Of a stretch of DNA of 64,000 nt, positions 37,840 to 50,870 are shown one piece after another (position 1 is the stretch's first letter; the number at the start of each line of letters is the position of its first letter). The DNA lies in assembly GCF_051105105.1 (NCBI RefSeq), contig NZ_CP185339.1. One strand, given 5' to 3'. The notes under the pieces are model-generated. The model did not search any database. It was not told the DNA's origin and saw only the letters and a program-made list of their open reading frames with translations. The DNA comes from Nannocystis pusilla. Lineage in GTDB: Bacteria > Myxococcota_A > Polyangia > Nannocystales > Nannocystaceae. Both the position numbers and the translations under genes were made by a program.

Positions 37840-39696
37840 TTACGACTCCACCGAGGTCGCGCGCAGGACCTCGTCGAGGGTGCTGATGCCGCAGACGACT
37901 TTGTGCGCGCCGTCGTCGCGGAGCGTGCGCAGGCCCTGAGCCAGCGCCGCCTGCTTGATCTGCATGGCGTCGGCGTTGCGGATCGCCAGGCGGCGGACCT
38001 CTTCGCTGACCATCAAGACCTCGTACACGCCGGTTCGCCCGGAGTAGCCGCTGCCCTGGCACTTGTCGCAGCCGACGGCCCGGTAGACGTGACCGCGCGG
38101 CGGCAGCCGCCGCGGCTCGGGCACCGACAGCGGCATGACCTCGCCGTTCTCGTCGCGCACCGGCACCTTCAGCGCCTGCTCGCCGGCGTAGAAGGCCGCG
38201 GGGATGATGCCGATCTCCTCGAGCTCGGTCGCCGACGGCCGGTACGGCTCGCAGCAGTGGACGCAGACGCGGCGGATCAGGCGCTGGGCCTGCAGCGCGA
38301 CCAGCGACGAGGCGACCAGGAACGGCTGCACGCCCATGTCGACGAGGCGCGTGATGCCGGTCGCGGCGTCGTTGGTGTGGATGGTGCTGAGCACCAAGTG
38401 ACCGGTGAGCGACGCCTGGATCGCGATCTCGGCGGTCTCGACGTTGCGGATCTCGCCGACCATGATCACGTCGGGGTCGTGGCGCAGGAAGGAGCGCAAG
38501 CCGGCCGCGAAGGTCAGGTTGATCTTGCTCTGCACCTGCACCTGCGAGATGCCGGCGAGCTGGTACTCGACCGGGTCCTCGACGGTGAGGATGTTGAGGT
38601 CCGGCGTGTTGATCTCGGTCAGCGCCGAGTACAGCGTGGTCGTCTTACCCGAACCGGTCGGGCCGGTGACGAGGAAGATGCCGTGCGGCCGGTTGATGAC
38701 GTTGCGGATCATCCGCAGGTGGTCGGCCGCGATGCCGATGTTGTCGAGCTTGAGCGCGACGGCGGACTTGTCGAGGAGACGGACGGTGACGCGCTCGCCG
38801 TGGGCCGTGGGCACGGTGGCGACGCGCATGTCGACCTCCTTGCCGGCGATCTTGCGGCGAATGCGGCCGTCCTGCGGCAGCCGCTTCTCGGCGATGTTGA
38901 GGCCCGCCATGATCTTGACGCGGGCGATGACGCTGGGGAGGTGGGCCTTGGGCGCCCGCTTGACCTCGTGCAGCACGCCGTCGACGCGGTTGCGGACGAT
39001 GATCTCCTTGTCACCCGGCTCGATGTGGATGTCGCTCGCCTTCTCCTTCGAGGCGTTGAAGATCAGGCTGTTGACGAAGCGGATGATCGGAGCGTCCTCG
39101 GCCGAGGCGTGCAGGATGTCCTCGTCCTCCTCCTCGTACTCCTCTTCCTTCTTCTCGAGGTCGACGTCCTTGGTGCGCCGCGCGTAGGTGCGGTTGATGA
39201 TCTCGAGGACGTTCGACTCCGGCATCAGCGTGACGTTGACGTTGGCGTCGTAGAGGGTGCCGAGGTCGTCGAGGTCGAGCAGCCGCAGCGGGTCGGCGGC
39301 GTAGACGCTGAGCACGCCGCGCTCGCGGTCGAGGCGGTACGGCAGGACCTTGTTGGCGCGCGCGTACTGGATCGGCAGCTGCTCGACCAGCTCGTCCTGG
39401 ATGTCGCTGATCTCGGTGTTCTCGCGGGCGGGCAGGCCGAACTGCCGCGCCAGCCCGCGCGCGAGGTCCCACTCGGAGCAGTGCTTGAGCCGCACCAGCG
39501 TCTCGCCGATCTTCTCGCCCTCGAGGTGCTGCGCCTGCAGGCCCTCGGCGAGCGCCTCGGCGGTGACGCAGCCCATCTCGATCAAGATCTCGCCGAGCGG
39601 GCGCGCGAGCGGACGGACCCCGAGCGGCGCGAAGGTCGGGCCGGCGTTGCGTTCTGCGGTGGTCTTGAGGGCGGTGTCCATGGGCATCTCAGGCAA
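37840..39696 (-). CDS. gspE: type II secretion system ATPase E (GspE)
   Basis: N-terminal GspE-N domain, Walker A VTGPTGSGKTTT, Asp box, Walker B and the C-terminal CxxC...CxxC zinc motif (CVHCC...CDKCQGSG). The 618-aa ORF is intact. Confidence 0.9.
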   Translation of the reverse strand: MPEMPMDTALKTTAERNAGPTFAPLGVRPLARPLGEILIEMGCVTAEALAEGLQAQHLEGEKIGETLVRLKHCSEWDLARGLARQFGLPARENTEISDIQDELVEQLPIQYARANKVLPYRLDRERGVLSVYAADPLRLLDLDDLGTLYDANVNVTLMPESNVLEIINRTYARRTKDVDLEKKEEEYEEEDEDILHASAEDAPIIRFVNSLIFNASKEKASDIHIEPGDKEIIVRNRVDGVLHEVKRAPKAHLPSVIARVKIMAGLNIAEKRLPQDGRIRRKIAGKEVDMRVATVPTAHGERVTVRLLDKSAVALKLDNIGIAADHLRMIRNVINRPHGIFLVTGPTGSGKTTTLYSALTEINTPDLNILTVEDPVEYQLAGISQVQVQSKINLTFAAGLRSFLRHDPDVIMVGEIRNVETAEIAIQASLTGHLVLSTIHTNDAATGITRLVDMGVQPFLVASSLVALQAQRLIRRVCVHCCEPYRPSATELEEIGIIPAAFYAGEQALKVPVRDENGEVMPLSVPEPRRLPPRGHVYRAVGCDKCQGSGYSGRTGVYEVLMVSEEVRRLAIRNADAMQIKQAALAQGLRTLRDDGAHKVVCGISTLDEVLRATSVES

Positions 39697-39706
39697 CAGG
39701 ATAGCT

Positions 39707-42122
39707 TCAGGGCTCGCGCCGGATCACCGGCGCCGGGTTCACCGTCGCGGGCGGCGCGCCGCCGCCCCCGCCCTCGCCGCCGACGTTGTCGTCGACCGCG
39801 GCCGAGCGCGGGCTGAGGCCGAGCTCGCCGGTGATGATCTCGCGCCGCATCTCCTCCTCGGCGCGGCGCAGCAGCAGCTCCTCCTGCTCCATGCGCCGGG
39901 CCTCCTTGTCGATCGCGGCCAAGATGCCGGACTTCTTGCGGTAGTTGATGTTGCTCTTGAGCTCGCGCTTGCGGAAGTTGGTCTCGCGCTCGATGAACTC
40001 GAGCCGCTCCTTGTCGCGCCGCTCGTGGATCCGGCGCACGTCGTCGGGGCTGTCGATGATGTGCGGGACCATGACGAGGAGGAGGTTGATCTTCTCCTTC
40101 TCCTTGACGCGGTTCTTGAAGAGCCAGCCGAGGAGCGGGATCGAGCCGAGGCCGGGGACCTGCTTGACGTTCTCGCTCTCGCGGTCACGGATGAGGCCGC
40201 CGAGCACGACCGGCTGACCGTCGCGGCCGACGATCTTGTCGAGCTTGATGCGCCGCTTGGTGGTGGTGACGCCGAGCACCGGGTCCTTCTCGGTGATGTC
40301 GCGGTCCTCGACCTCGACGTCCATCGTCACGTTGCGCTCGTCGTTGATGTAGGGCTTGACCTTGATGCGCAGGGTGACGTCCTGGCGCTCCACCGACTGC
40401 AGCGGGACCAGGCCGGTGCCACCGCCGCCACCTGCTCCGAAGGACAGGGCGCCCGGGGTCGGGACGTTGCGGCCGACCTCGATGGTGGCCTCCTGGTTGT
40501 CGGCCGCGTACATGTGCGGCTCGCTGACGACGTTGACGTCGCTGTTGCTCTGCAGCGCCTGGATGATGGCGCCGAAGGCCGGCACGTCGCGGCCGGTGCC
40601 GAGGATCGTGCCGGAGTTGAGCAGCGGGGGACCGATGAGGCCGAGGGTGAAGTTCTTCAGCGAGTCGGGCGAGAGCAGCAGCGAGTTGAGCGCGGGCGTC
40701 GGCGCGCTGCCCACCATGCCGATCGCGGTGCCGGCGGTGCCGCCGAGGCTCGGTGCTGATCGGGTAGCCGAAGTGGCCGCCCGCGCCGGCGTCGGTGCTG
40801 TGCTTGATGCTCACCTCGAGCATGTAGATCTCGATGTAGAGCTGGCGCCGCTCGCGGTCGAGCTTCTCGATCACCGGCTCCAAGTTCTTGTAGTCGGCCG
40901 CCGAGGCGATGATGACGAGCGAGCGCGTCGCCGGGTCGGGCGTGACCTTGACGTTGCCGGAGAACAGGTCGGCGCTGACCGGGTTGCCCGCGGGCGGCTT
41001 CTGCCCGCCCTGCTGCGAGGCCTGGGCCGCCTGCTTGGCGCCGGTGGCCAGCTGCGACAGCACCTGCGCGACCTCGGTGGCGTCGGCGTTCTTGAGCTTG
41101 TAGACGTGGATCCGGCCGCCGCCGCCGGGCAGCTTGACGTTGAGGCGCTCGATCAGCTTGCGGATGACGATGTAGTCGGACTCGGTGGTGACGATGATGA
41201 GGGTGCTGCTGCGCTCGTCGACGATGACGCGGCTGATCGCCGAGTCGGTCTGACCGCCGCCGCCGCCGCCGCCGGCCCGCCGACCCGCGCGACCGCCCGT
41301 GGCCCCGCCGCCGCCGCCACCGCCGCCGCCGCTGGCCTTGGCCTCGCCGAAGATGTCGCGGATGATCTGCGCGACCTCCTCGGCGTTGGCGTACTGCAGC
41401 TGGTAGAAGAAGATCTTCTCGCTGCCCATCGGCTGATCGAGCTCGGCGGCGAAGGTCTCGAGCCGCCGCACCATCGAGCCCTTGTCGGTGATGATGAGCA
41501 GGTTGCCGACCAGATCGACGCTGCCCGACTTGCTCTTGAGCTGGCCGAGGACGTTGCTGATCTCCTTGCTGTTGCCGTGCTTGACGCGCATCAGCTTGGT
41601 GACGAAGCGGTCGCTGTTGGGCGCGTTGGCGTCGTCGCCGTAGGTCGGCAGCGTGCGGTTCTTGGCGTCGGTGGTCTCGACGATCTTGAAGTAGCGACCC
41701 GAGGGCTCCACCGTCAGGCCCATCGTCTCGAGCGCGGCGTAGAAGGCCGCGTAGGCCTCCTCGGCCGTGACCGGCTCGGGCGACAAGATCGTCACCTTGC
41801 CCGACCGCACCTTGCGGTCCCAGATGAACTTCTGACACGTGATCGACATGATCCAGTTGACGAGGTCCTCGAGCTCGGTCTCCTTCGGCAACGTGATCGT
41901 GAACTTGGCCCCGCGCGGGGTCTTCTTGCACGTGTTGAACGGGATCGGGCCGCCGCCGGGCGTACCGCCGCCCTCGTCGCCGATCAGCTCGCCGCCACGG
42001 CTGCCGGTGGTCGGATCCTGCGCGGACGCGGAGACGGTGGTCGGGCCGAGCGTCAGAGCGGCCAGACCGAGAGAGACGAGGCCCAGTGCAGTCGGGCGGA
42101 CGGGGTTGCTACGCGCAATCAT
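39707..42122 (-). CDS. gspD: type II secretion system secretin D (GspD); apparent +1 frameshift near 40745-40760
   Basis: N0-N3 domains, a Gly-rich linker and the secretin domain. The secretin C-terminus (MVGSAPTPALNSLLLSPDS...) is in the +1 frame relative to ...HFGYPISTEP. No GACGTTC heptamer is present here. Confidence 0.85.
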
Positions 42123-43174
42123 TGGATCGTGATGTCCTTGGTGATCGACTCGCCCTTGCGCTCAATCGTGACCTGGAGGTTGCTGGCGCTGCGCATCTTG
42201 GTCAAAAGGCCCATGACTTGGTCGACCGACTTCAGCTCGATGCCGTTGACCGAGGTGAGGAGGTCGCCGTTCTTCATGCCGAGCAGCTTGGGCAGGCTGC
42301 CCGGGCGGATCCCGTAGAACTTGAAGCCCTTGGTCTCGCCGTCCTTGATCGACGGCATCACCCGCGCCTGCTTGGTCAGCGCGGCCGGGTTGGCGAACAG
42401 GCTGTCGATGAACATGCGATCGACGGTGCACGAGTTCTCGCTCTCGCACTTGATCGCGTCCTCGGCCCCGGGGATGGCGCCCGCCGCCGGCGGCGCGTCT
42501 TCCTTCTTCTCGGCCACCTGCACCGGCTTGGCCGAGGGCTTCGGCGGCTCGACGCCGAGCTCGATGTACTCGAGCGCGCCGCCGTTCTTGACGTGGACGA
42601 GGCTGCGCTCGACGCTGACGAGGTAGACGCCGGACCGGATGCGGTCGCCGGGCCAGTACGGGCCGACGCTGCCGTCCTCCTCGTCGCGGATCGTCGCCCA
42701 CGAGTACTCGGGCATGTTGGTCTCCATCGTGGCGATGAGCCGCAGCGGCTGCGTGCACGGGCCCTCGCCCGGCTGCTTGCCGCCTGCCACCTGCGGCAGC
42801 TCGCCGGGCCCGAGGTCGGGCGCGACCGCGGGGCCGCCGGGGCCGGTCTCGGGCGTGACGACCTTGGTGCAGGTCGGGCAGAACAGGTTGAGCGAGAGGA
42901 TGGTCTGCGTGACCTTGTTGCGGTCAGCCGCGGAGGGTCCGCGCGAGGGGCTCGACATCAGCCGCGGGTTGATGATGGGCTTGTCCTCCTCGTCCTCTTC
43001 CTCTTCCTTGGCGCCGTCGGTGTCGGTGCCGGTCGCCTCGGCCTCGTCGGTCGGGGTCTCGTAGATGTACGAGGTGCCGAGCCAGGTGGTGAACGCCGAG
43101 GCGGCGAACGCAGCGGCGACGCTGAGGCCCAGCGCCTTGACGACCCAGAAGTGCTGCTTGAAGACGGCTTCCAT
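42119..43174 (-). CDS. gspC: type II secretion system protein C (GspC), with a C-terminal PDZ domain
   Basis: An N-terminal TM segment and a C-terminal PDZ-like region (...GFKFYGIRPGSLPKLLGMKNGDLLTSVNGIELKSVDQ...). It lies immediately upstream of gspD. Confidence 0.7.
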   Translation of the reverse strand: MEAVFKQHFWVVKALGLSVAAAFAASAFTTWLGTSYIYETPTDEAEATGTDTDGAKEEEEDEEDKPIINPRLMSSPSRGPSAADRNKVTQTILSLNLFCPTCTKVVTPETGPGGPAVAPDLGPGELPQVAGGKQPGEGPCTQPLRLIATMETNMPEYSWATIRDEEDGSVGPYWPGDRIRSGVYLVSVERSLVHVKNGGALEYIELGVEPPKPSAKPVQVAEKKEDAPPAAGAIPGAEDAIKCESENSCTVDRMFIDSLFANPAALTKQARVMPSIKDGETKGFKFYGIRPGSLPKLLGMKNGDLLTSVNGIELKSVDQVMGLLTKMRSASNLQVTIERKGESITKDITIQ

Positions 43175-43183
43175 CGCTCTCCG

Positions 43184-44593
<1,410 letters not shown>

Positions 44594-45289
44594 GGGCGCT
44601 CGAGTCGAACCCGCGGTGTGCAATTCGGGGTCCTCGGTGAAAAGCGAATGATTCTAAGGCAAGTCCTGGAGCCAGAACGAGGGTGTCACGCGCAATTGTC
44701 AGGCCGTCCGAGGCGGGTTGCCAAAATGGCAATCGCGGCCCTCGCGCCCGCCTCCCGGCGCCTCAACCGCCACCCCCCTGCCCCGCCTTGGCGGGGCGGC
44801 GGCGAGGTCGGCCAGGGGGCGAGGCGGCGGCTGGCGCTTGGGACAGGTCGAGGAGCGGCAGCTGGAACGACGAGAGTGAGACGGATGCGCTGCGGGGGGC
44901 TGTCTCGAGGGACAGGTCGCGGTCGACGGCTCGGGTCGTCGGTGGGGCCGGTGATCGCTCGGCCGGAGGCGTACCTGTCTCGACGGACATGTGGGCGCTG
45001 GCGGGCGCTTCGCTCGGATTGCTGCGTGACGGCGCCGTTGCATCTGGTTCTTGGGACATGTCCGTCTCGGCGGGCCGGACTGGCCTCGCGGTCGCTGGCG
45101 CGCGCGCGGTCCTGGCTCGCGCGACCGTGCTCGCCCCGGGCTCGACCGGCGCCTCTGACTTCGACGGACCCGTCCCGGCGGACAGGCCATCGCCCGCGGC
45201 GCGCTTGGCGGCGGCCTTGCGCCCTTTCTTGCTCGGGCCTTCGCCTGTCTCTTCGGTCAGACTCTTCTGGGGCGGCCGGATCTTTCCTC

Positions 45290-46384
45290 GCAGACATGTC
45301 GGCGCCGGCCGCGAAGTCGCGGATGCTGCGGATCGCCACGCGCCGCTTTTCGAACACGAGGAAATAGGAGTGGTTCTTGCGCGCGTGGACCTGGGCCTTG
45401 AGCCGGCTGACCCCGGGGCTGTTGGGGCGCACGAGCACGAACAGGTCCTTGCAGTAGAGGCCGAGCGACTCGCCGCCCGTGATCAGCTCGACGTGGGTGA
45501 GGCGCTGCTTGTTGGCGCTGACCTCGTCCTGGCACTTGACGATCAGGACGCCGCCCGGCACGAGCACGCGCGCGGCCTCGCGGCAGGCCTTTTCGTAGAG
45601 GTCGACGACGGCGTCGTGCCACTTGGGCCCCGACTCGGTGACGGCGGCGGCCGAATAGGCGCGACGGAACGCGGCGTGGGTGCCGGAGCCGGCCATGTGA
45701 TCGACGCTGCGGCGGTACATGCCCTCCATGTACGGCGGGTCGAGGACGACGCAGTCGAGGCTCGCGTCGGCGTACGGCAAGGCGCGGCAGTCGACGCCGC
45801 TCGTCAGCTTCGCGCCGGCGCGCGCGGGGACGTTCCGGCTTGAGGGCGATGTCGCTGGCGAGCAGGGTGTAGAGCCCGTCAGGGACGCGGCGCCAAAACA
45901 CGCCGAGGCCGTAGGTGACGTTGGCGACGGTGCTGCCCTTCGGGACGTGTAGCTCGAGGATCTGGGCGAACAGCTCGGCGTTGTCGCCGACCCGCGCGGA
46001 CACGACGACGTTGGCGGTGGCCACCCCTCCCTGCACGCGTCGGGCAGGTCGCGACTCGGTGGGCGCGACCTCGGGGGTATCTGCTTTCTTCGGCGCGGCA
46101 GGACGCGACTTGGCGGGCGCGGCTCCCCGCGCGCTTGACCGCGCGGCTCGGCGTGGCTCGGCGTCCGCGGTCTCACGGGCCCGCATGCGCCGGGTGGTCG
46201 CAGGCTGCGGCTCGTCCGCAGGGGTCTCCCGGGTCCGCTCGCTGGCGGGGGTCGGACGGGGCCGCGAGGCGGCTCGACGCGTCTCGACGGGCGCGCCCGG
46301 CTCGTCCGTGGCGGCCTTGCGCGCCCGTCCGCGGCGGGCGGTCGCGGGTCGCGGCTCGGCGGCGGATCGGGAGCGGGCGGCCAT
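45290..46384 (-). CDS. SAM-dependent DNA methyltransferase (N6/N4 class, DPPY motif) with a basic Arg/Ala/Pro-rich N-terminal tail; frame broken by a GACGTTC heptamer at 45829-45835; C-terminal end uncertain
   Basis: VVLDPPY and [10 protein letters not shown] motifs. Upstream, ...[12 protein letters not shown] is in another frame; deleting the heptamer gives a continuous ...[17 protein letters not shown]... No in-frame stop occurs before 44686, so the 3' end was set after ...FLVFEK. Confidence 0.5.
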
Positions 46385-46487
46385 GGGGGCCGGACGGTAC
46401 CCGATCTCGCGGCCGCTGGCCCGAAAGGCGCGCGCCGGCGCGGCCCGCTCGCGGCAGGCCGGCCGGCGCCGGCAGGGACCGCGGAGC

Positions 46488-48398
46488 TCAGCGGCCCGAG
46501 GCGGCCTCGTCCTCCTGCTGCTGGTCGCGCAGCTGGGCCAGCAGGCGGTCGCCGCGGGTCGTGATCTCCTCATAGAGGGCGTTGCAGCGCGGTTCGGCGC
46601 GCTCGAGCCAGCGCTCGAGGATGCTGCGGCGCTCCGGGTGCTTGCGCGACTGCTCGAGGAGGATCTCGACGATCGCGGTGTCGGCCATCAGGCGCGTCAG
46701 CCGCTCGGCGTGCAGCATCGCGTAGGAGAAGTCGCGCTTGGGGTCCCAGTTCTGGAAGAACTCCTTGGACCACTCGGTGATCTTGTGCTTGCCGAGGCCG
46801 CGCAGCTTGTCGGCGGCGGTGCGCTGGATCAGGTGCTGCTGGGCGGCGAGCGTCAGCGAGGTGAGGCGCGCGACGCGGCGCTCGAGCGCGTCGAGGGCGG
46901 AGAGGCTGCGCCAGCGGGCCTGCGCCACGCGGGTGAGGAAGCGCTGCGGGTTGCGCATGATGCCGCTCATCGCGTCCTTCATCGCCATGAGCGACTGGAT
47001 CTGGCTGGTGCCCTCGTAGATCGGCAGGACCATGGCGTCGCGCAGCAGCTTCTCGGCCCCGTACTCGCGGACGTAGCCGGCGCCGCCGAGGATCTGGATG
47101 CACTTGCGGGCCATCTCGACGGCCTTCTCGCTGGCGATGTACTTCAGCAGCGGGGTGAGCCGGCGGGCCCGGTTGGCGTGGCGCTTGGCCTGCTTGAGCA
47201 CCCGCGCTCGCTCGATGCTGTCGGGGTCGGTGTCGAGCACGCCCTGCATCTTGGTGCGCTGGTGCAGCTCCTCGTGGTAGGCGCACTGCATGGCAAGCGC
47301 GCGCAGGCCGAGGATCTCGGTCTGCATCTCGTCGAGGAAGTCGGCGATCATCTCGTGGCGATCGATCGACTTGCCCATGCTGCGGCGCTCGGCCGCGTAG
47401 GCCTTGGCCTTGCGGTAGGCGGCCTCGCAGGCGCCGATCGACTCGAAGCCGACGCCGACGCGGGCGTTGTTCATCAGCAGCAGCATGAGCTGGAAGCCCT
47501 CGCCGCGCTTGCCGATCAGGCGGCCCGGGGCGCGGTCGAAGCTGACGGCGGCGGTGGCCGAGCCGTGGTGGCCGAGCTTCTCCTCAAGGCGGTCGATCAC
47601 GGCGATCCGGCGCCGCGTGCCGTCGGGCATGTCCTCGTAGGCCGGGACGTGGAACAGCGACAGGCCGCCGAGGCCGGGCTTGTCGGGCTCGGTGCGGGCG
47701 ATGACGATGTGGTGCTTGCCGTGGCCGGAGGTCAAAAAGATCTTCTGGCCGGTGATGAACCAGTTGCCCGCTTCGTCCTGCTCGGCGCGGGCCTTGAGCG
47801 CGGCCATGTCGCTGCCGGCGTCGGGCTCGGTGATGTCCATGCTGCCCCACGCGTCGCCGCGCAGGATCTCGGCGATCTCGGGCTGAAAGCGCGTGCCGGT
47901 GATGACCCGCTGCTCGCGGTCGAAGGTGGTGGTGCCCTCGTGCACCGAGTACAGCAGGAGCATCAGGGCGATGCCGCTGTAGAAGTTGTAGTGCGTCATG
48001 ACGACGTTGTCGGCCCGCGCCAGCAGCTCGCACACCATGAAGTGGACGACCGCGGGGCAGCCGATGCCGCCGAGCTCGCGCGGCAGGGACAGACCGTGGA
48101 GGTCGAGGCCCTTGATCTGCTCGAAGAGGGCGTCGGTCTCGGGCGCGAGGTGGCCCTCGCCGTCCTTCAGGTGGACGCCCTTCGCGTCGATGGCCATCGA
48201 CTTCGGCGCGACCTGCTCGGCGGCGAACTCACCGACCATGCCGAGGATGTCGCGGTAGGCGGCCCGCGCCTCGTCCAGCGAGGCGTAACCGCCGGGGATG
48301 CGGAAGTCCTGCTCGACGAGCCCGACGATCGGCGCCCAGTCGAGGCCGCGATCCATGTAGAACTGGAGGTCTTCGTTGTCGTCGAAGTAGTTGGCCAC
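46488..48398 (-). CDS. acyl-CoA dehydrogenase (long FadE-like form)
   Basis: 636 aa with the ACAD middle and C-terminal domains (...GQKIFLTSG..., ...YEGTSQIQ...). Confidence 0.8.
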   Translation of the reverse strand: MANYFDDNEDLQFYMDRGLDWAPIVGLVEQDFRIPGGYASLDEARAAYRDILGMVGEFAAEQVAPKSMAIDAKGVHLKDGEGHLAPETDALFEQIKGLDLHGLSLPRELGGIGCPAVVHFMVCELLARADNVVMTHYNFYSGIALMLLLYSVHEGTTTFDREQRVITGTRFQPEIAEILRGDAWGSMDITEPDAGSDMAALKARAEQDEAGNWFITGQKIFLTSGHGKHHIVIARTEPDKPGLGGLSLFHVPAYEDMPDGTRRRIAVIDRLEEKLGHHGSATAAVSFDRAPGRLIGKRGEGFQLMLLLMNNARVGVGFESIGACEAAYRKAKAYAAERRSMGKSIDRHEMIADFLDEMQTEILGLRALAMQCAYHEELHQRTKMQGVLDTDPDSIERARVLKQAKRHANRARRLTPLLKYIASEKAVEMARKCIQILGGAGYVREYGAEKLLRDAMVLPIYEGTSQIQSLMAMKDAMSGIMRNPQRFLTRVAQARWRSLSALDALERRVARLTSLTLAAQQHLIQRTAADKLRGLGKHKITEWSKEFFQNWDPKRDFSYAMLHAERLTRLMADTAIVEILLEQSRKHPERRSILERWLERAEPRCNALYEEITTRGDRLLAQLRDQQQEDEAASGR

Positions 48399-48564
48399 GA
48401 GACGACACTAGCCGAGGCCGATATGCTGAGCAAGCTCAGGAAAAGTCCGTGCAGGCGGCGGGCTGGAGGCAGTTTGAGCCGATGAAGGGACTGCGCGAGC
48501 GGCGCTGGCCGGTCGAATGTCCGCACCGCGGAGCGCCGCATGGTGGCGTGATAAAAGGAGAATC

Positions 48565-49293
48565 GTGAGCCGAGGCAAAGGGATGCGGAACCGCGAGCAC
48601 GAGTCGTTCCGCCGCGAGGCGACGTTTCATGCGGCGCCCCACGCGCTGACGGAGGCGGTGCTGGAGGCGGACCGCGAGGCGACCGCCCGCCGCGAAGAGG
48701 TGGCGCCCGGGGTGCATGTGCTCCACGGGGTGATGTCGCCGAAAGAGTGCAAGCGACTCATCGCGGCGGCGGAGGCGATCGGCTTCACCCACGCGGGCCT
48801 GGCGATCGGCGACGACACGTACCGGGTCAACCTGGCGGCCCGCAACAACCTGCGGGTGGTGTTCGACGCGCCGGAGCTGGCGGACGGGCTGTGGCAGCGG
48901 GTCCGCGGGGTCGCAAATCCGCAGCACGAGGGGGCGCCGCTGCGCGGGCTCAACTTTCGCTTCCGCGTGTACCGCTACGAGGTCGGGATGCGCTTCTCGC
49001 CGCACGTCGACGTCCGCACCGCGGTGCCGCTCGGCGAGACGCGCGAGTCGCTGGTCATCTTCCTCAACGCCGAGTTCGAGGGCGGCGCGACCCGCTTTTT
49101 TGAGGAGAAGGACAAGTCGCAGCGCCGCGGCCAGGGCCGCGGGCGCAAGTTCGACAACAAGGTGAGGTTCGCGCTGAAGCCCCCGGTCGGCGGCGCGGTG
49201 GTGTTCGACCACCTGCTGCTCCACGAGGGCGCGGAGGTGACGGCGGGCGTGAAGTATGCGGTGCGCTCCGACGTGATCTACGGGCCGCGCTGA
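48565..49293 (+). CDS. 2-oxoglutarate/Fe(II)-dependent oxygenase (prolyl 4-hydroxylase-like)
   Basis: HVD...H motif: FSPHVD...LLLHEG. The GTG at 48565 lies 7 nt after a perfect AAGGAG Shine-Dalgarno sequence. Confidence 0.65.
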   Translation: MSRGKGMRNREHESFRREATFHAAPHALTEAVLEADREATARREEVAPGVHVLHGVMSPKECKRLIAAAEAIGFTHAGLAIGDDTYRVNLAARNNLRVVFDAPELADGLWQRVRGVANPQHEGAPLRGLNFRFRVYRYEVGMRFSPHVDVRTAVPLGETRESLVIFLNAEFEGGATRFFEEKDKSQRRGQGRGRKFDNKVRFALKPPVGGAVVFDHLLLHEGAEVTAGVKYAVRSDVIYGPR

Positions 49294-49424
49294 GCGGAGG
49301 CGGCGAGAAGGATCGCCTGTCTTCGAGGCCATGCTTTCGTGACGCCGGGCGAACAGAGCGATCTGTCCCTGGGGACATCCGCGCCGCTTCGGGCTCTCGG
49401 CTGCCCTCAAGGACAGGTGACCGC

Positions 49425-50870
49425 TCAGGGCTCGTAGCTCGGCAGCTCGACCACGTAGGCGTCGACGGTCTCGCCGCCGCCCCAGTCGCTGCCGAACAGG
49501 ATGCGCGTGCCGCTCGGGCTCGGGACCGCGGTCGGCGCGGCCCAGTAGGGCTCGCCGAGGTTGGTGTTGTTCTGCCCCCAGCTGCGATGCCGGCCCACGC
49601 GGCACACCTGGCCGGTGTTCGTGTCGGCCAGCAGCAGCTCCTGGTCGAGGAGCTTCTGGCCGGAGGGATTGCCGATCGTCGACACGACGACCCAGCCGGG
49701 CCGGTGGATCGCCAGCGCCGAGATGTGGCCCGCCGGAGGATACGGCCAGCCGGTCTTCGGGCCGATGATCACCCGCGACGTTGCGTCGGTGAGGTCCCAG
49801 GTCACGAGCGCGCCGATGTCGTCGTTGCCGCCGGGGCCCGGGTCGTAGACAAAGCCGTTCCAGGTGTCGTGGCCGTTCGCCAGCATGCCGAGCGAGGCGT
49901 GGCCCCACGGCTCGAGCAGATCGAGGGTGTGCAGCACGTCGAGCGCCGGATCGACGACCCGACCGGTGTCGCTCAGGTACGCCAGCGAGCCGCTGGGCCC
50001 GATCTGGGCCGGGTTCTCGTCGAGCGTCACCTGCCCCAGCACCGCGTCGGTGGCGACGTTGTAGACGAACACTTGGTCGTCGCAGATGAAGCCGAAGCGG
50101 TTGGAGTCCCACGACGAGAACATCGGGTCGCTGCCGCCGCTGACCGGACCGCCGCAGAAGTCGAAGGTGTGCACGGGCTCCTCGACCTCGGTGTCGACGT
50201 TGTAGCGCACCAGCGTCTTGCCGTGCATGAACATCACGATGCTCGGGTCGGATCCGTGCCAGTAGAACTGCTCGAGGTCGGGCGGATCGATCGGCAGCTC
50301 TTTTAAAAACTCGTAGGTCTTGCCGTCGTAGAGCAGGTGGCCCGCCGTCACGTCGTAGAGGATGAGGCGCGTCTCGTCCGTGTTCCACGCGGCGATCGTG
50401 CTGTAGGCCGGCTTTATTACCGGGTTTGCGCCCATCGCAGGGACGCCGCTGATCCGCCGGATCGTGGTGCCGAACTCCGCGTCGACCACGGTCGCGCCCA
50501 CCTCGGGCTTGGCGAGCGGGGTCATCGGTCGGTCCATCAGATCCTGCACCAGCCCGGCGCACAGGTCGGGCGGGTCGACCGGTTCGCCGGTGGTGTCGCC
50601 CTCGGTCGTCGTGGCGGTCGGGTCGCTGGTGGCCTCGGTCGTCGTCCCCGGTCCGGCGGTCGTCGGCGCAGGATCGTCGGTGCCGACGGACGAGCTCGCC
50701 GTCGTCGAGGTGGTCGTGAGGCCGCTATCGTCGGTGGTCGAGGTCGTCGTCGAGGTGGTGGTGGTCTGCGGCCCGTCGGTCGTCGAGCCGGCGTCGTCGT
50801 TGCTGCTGCCGCCGCCGCAACCGCAGGCGACGAGGAGGGCGAAAGTCCATCGATGTGAAGCGAATGCCAT
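49425..50870 (-). CDS. lipoprotein with a Thr/Ser-rich linker and a beta-propeller-like domain
   Basis: Signal peptide plus lipobox (LLVACGCGG), then a poly-T/S linker and a roughly 350-aa globular domain. Confidence 0.55.
   Translation of the reverse strand: MAFASHRWTFALLVACGCGGGSSNDDAGSTTDGPQTTTTSTTTSTTDDSGLTTTSTTASSSVGTDDPAPTTAGPGTTTEATSDPTATTTEGDTTGEPVDPPDLCAGLVQDLMDRPMTPLAKPEVGATVVDAEFGTTIRRISGVPAMGANPVIKPAYSTIAAWNTDETRLILYDVTAGHLLYDGKTYEFLKELPIDPPDLEQFYWHGSDPSIVMFMHGKTLVRYNVDTEVEEPVHTFDFCGGPVSGGSDPMFSSWDSNRFGFICDDQVFVYNVATDAVLGQVTLDENPAQIGPSGSLAYLSDTGRVVDPALDVLHTLDLLEPWGHASLGMLANGHDTWNGFVYDPGPGGNDDIGALVTWDLTDATSRVIIGPKTGWPYPPAGHISALAIHRPGWVVVSTIGNPSGQKLLDQELLLADTNTGQVCRVGRHRSWGQNNTNLGEPYWAAPTAVPSPSGTRILFGSDWGGGETVDAYVVELPSYEP

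Noticed and set aside
39208-39214. The GACGTTC heptamer inside gspE
   Set aside because: This copy is in-frame (it encodes S-N-V within ...LMPESNVLEIINRTY...), and the 618-aa GspE is intact and full length. Removing it would break the gene. It is therefore a native occurrence, not an insertion, and shows the heptamer alone is not diagnostic.
44594-44700. A sigma-54 promoter upstream of the regulator-gspC operon
   Set aside because: The best candidate (CTGGCTC-N5-CTTGCC on the coding strand) has GG-N11-GC spacing, one base too long for the canonical -24/-12 element. It is therefore not called.
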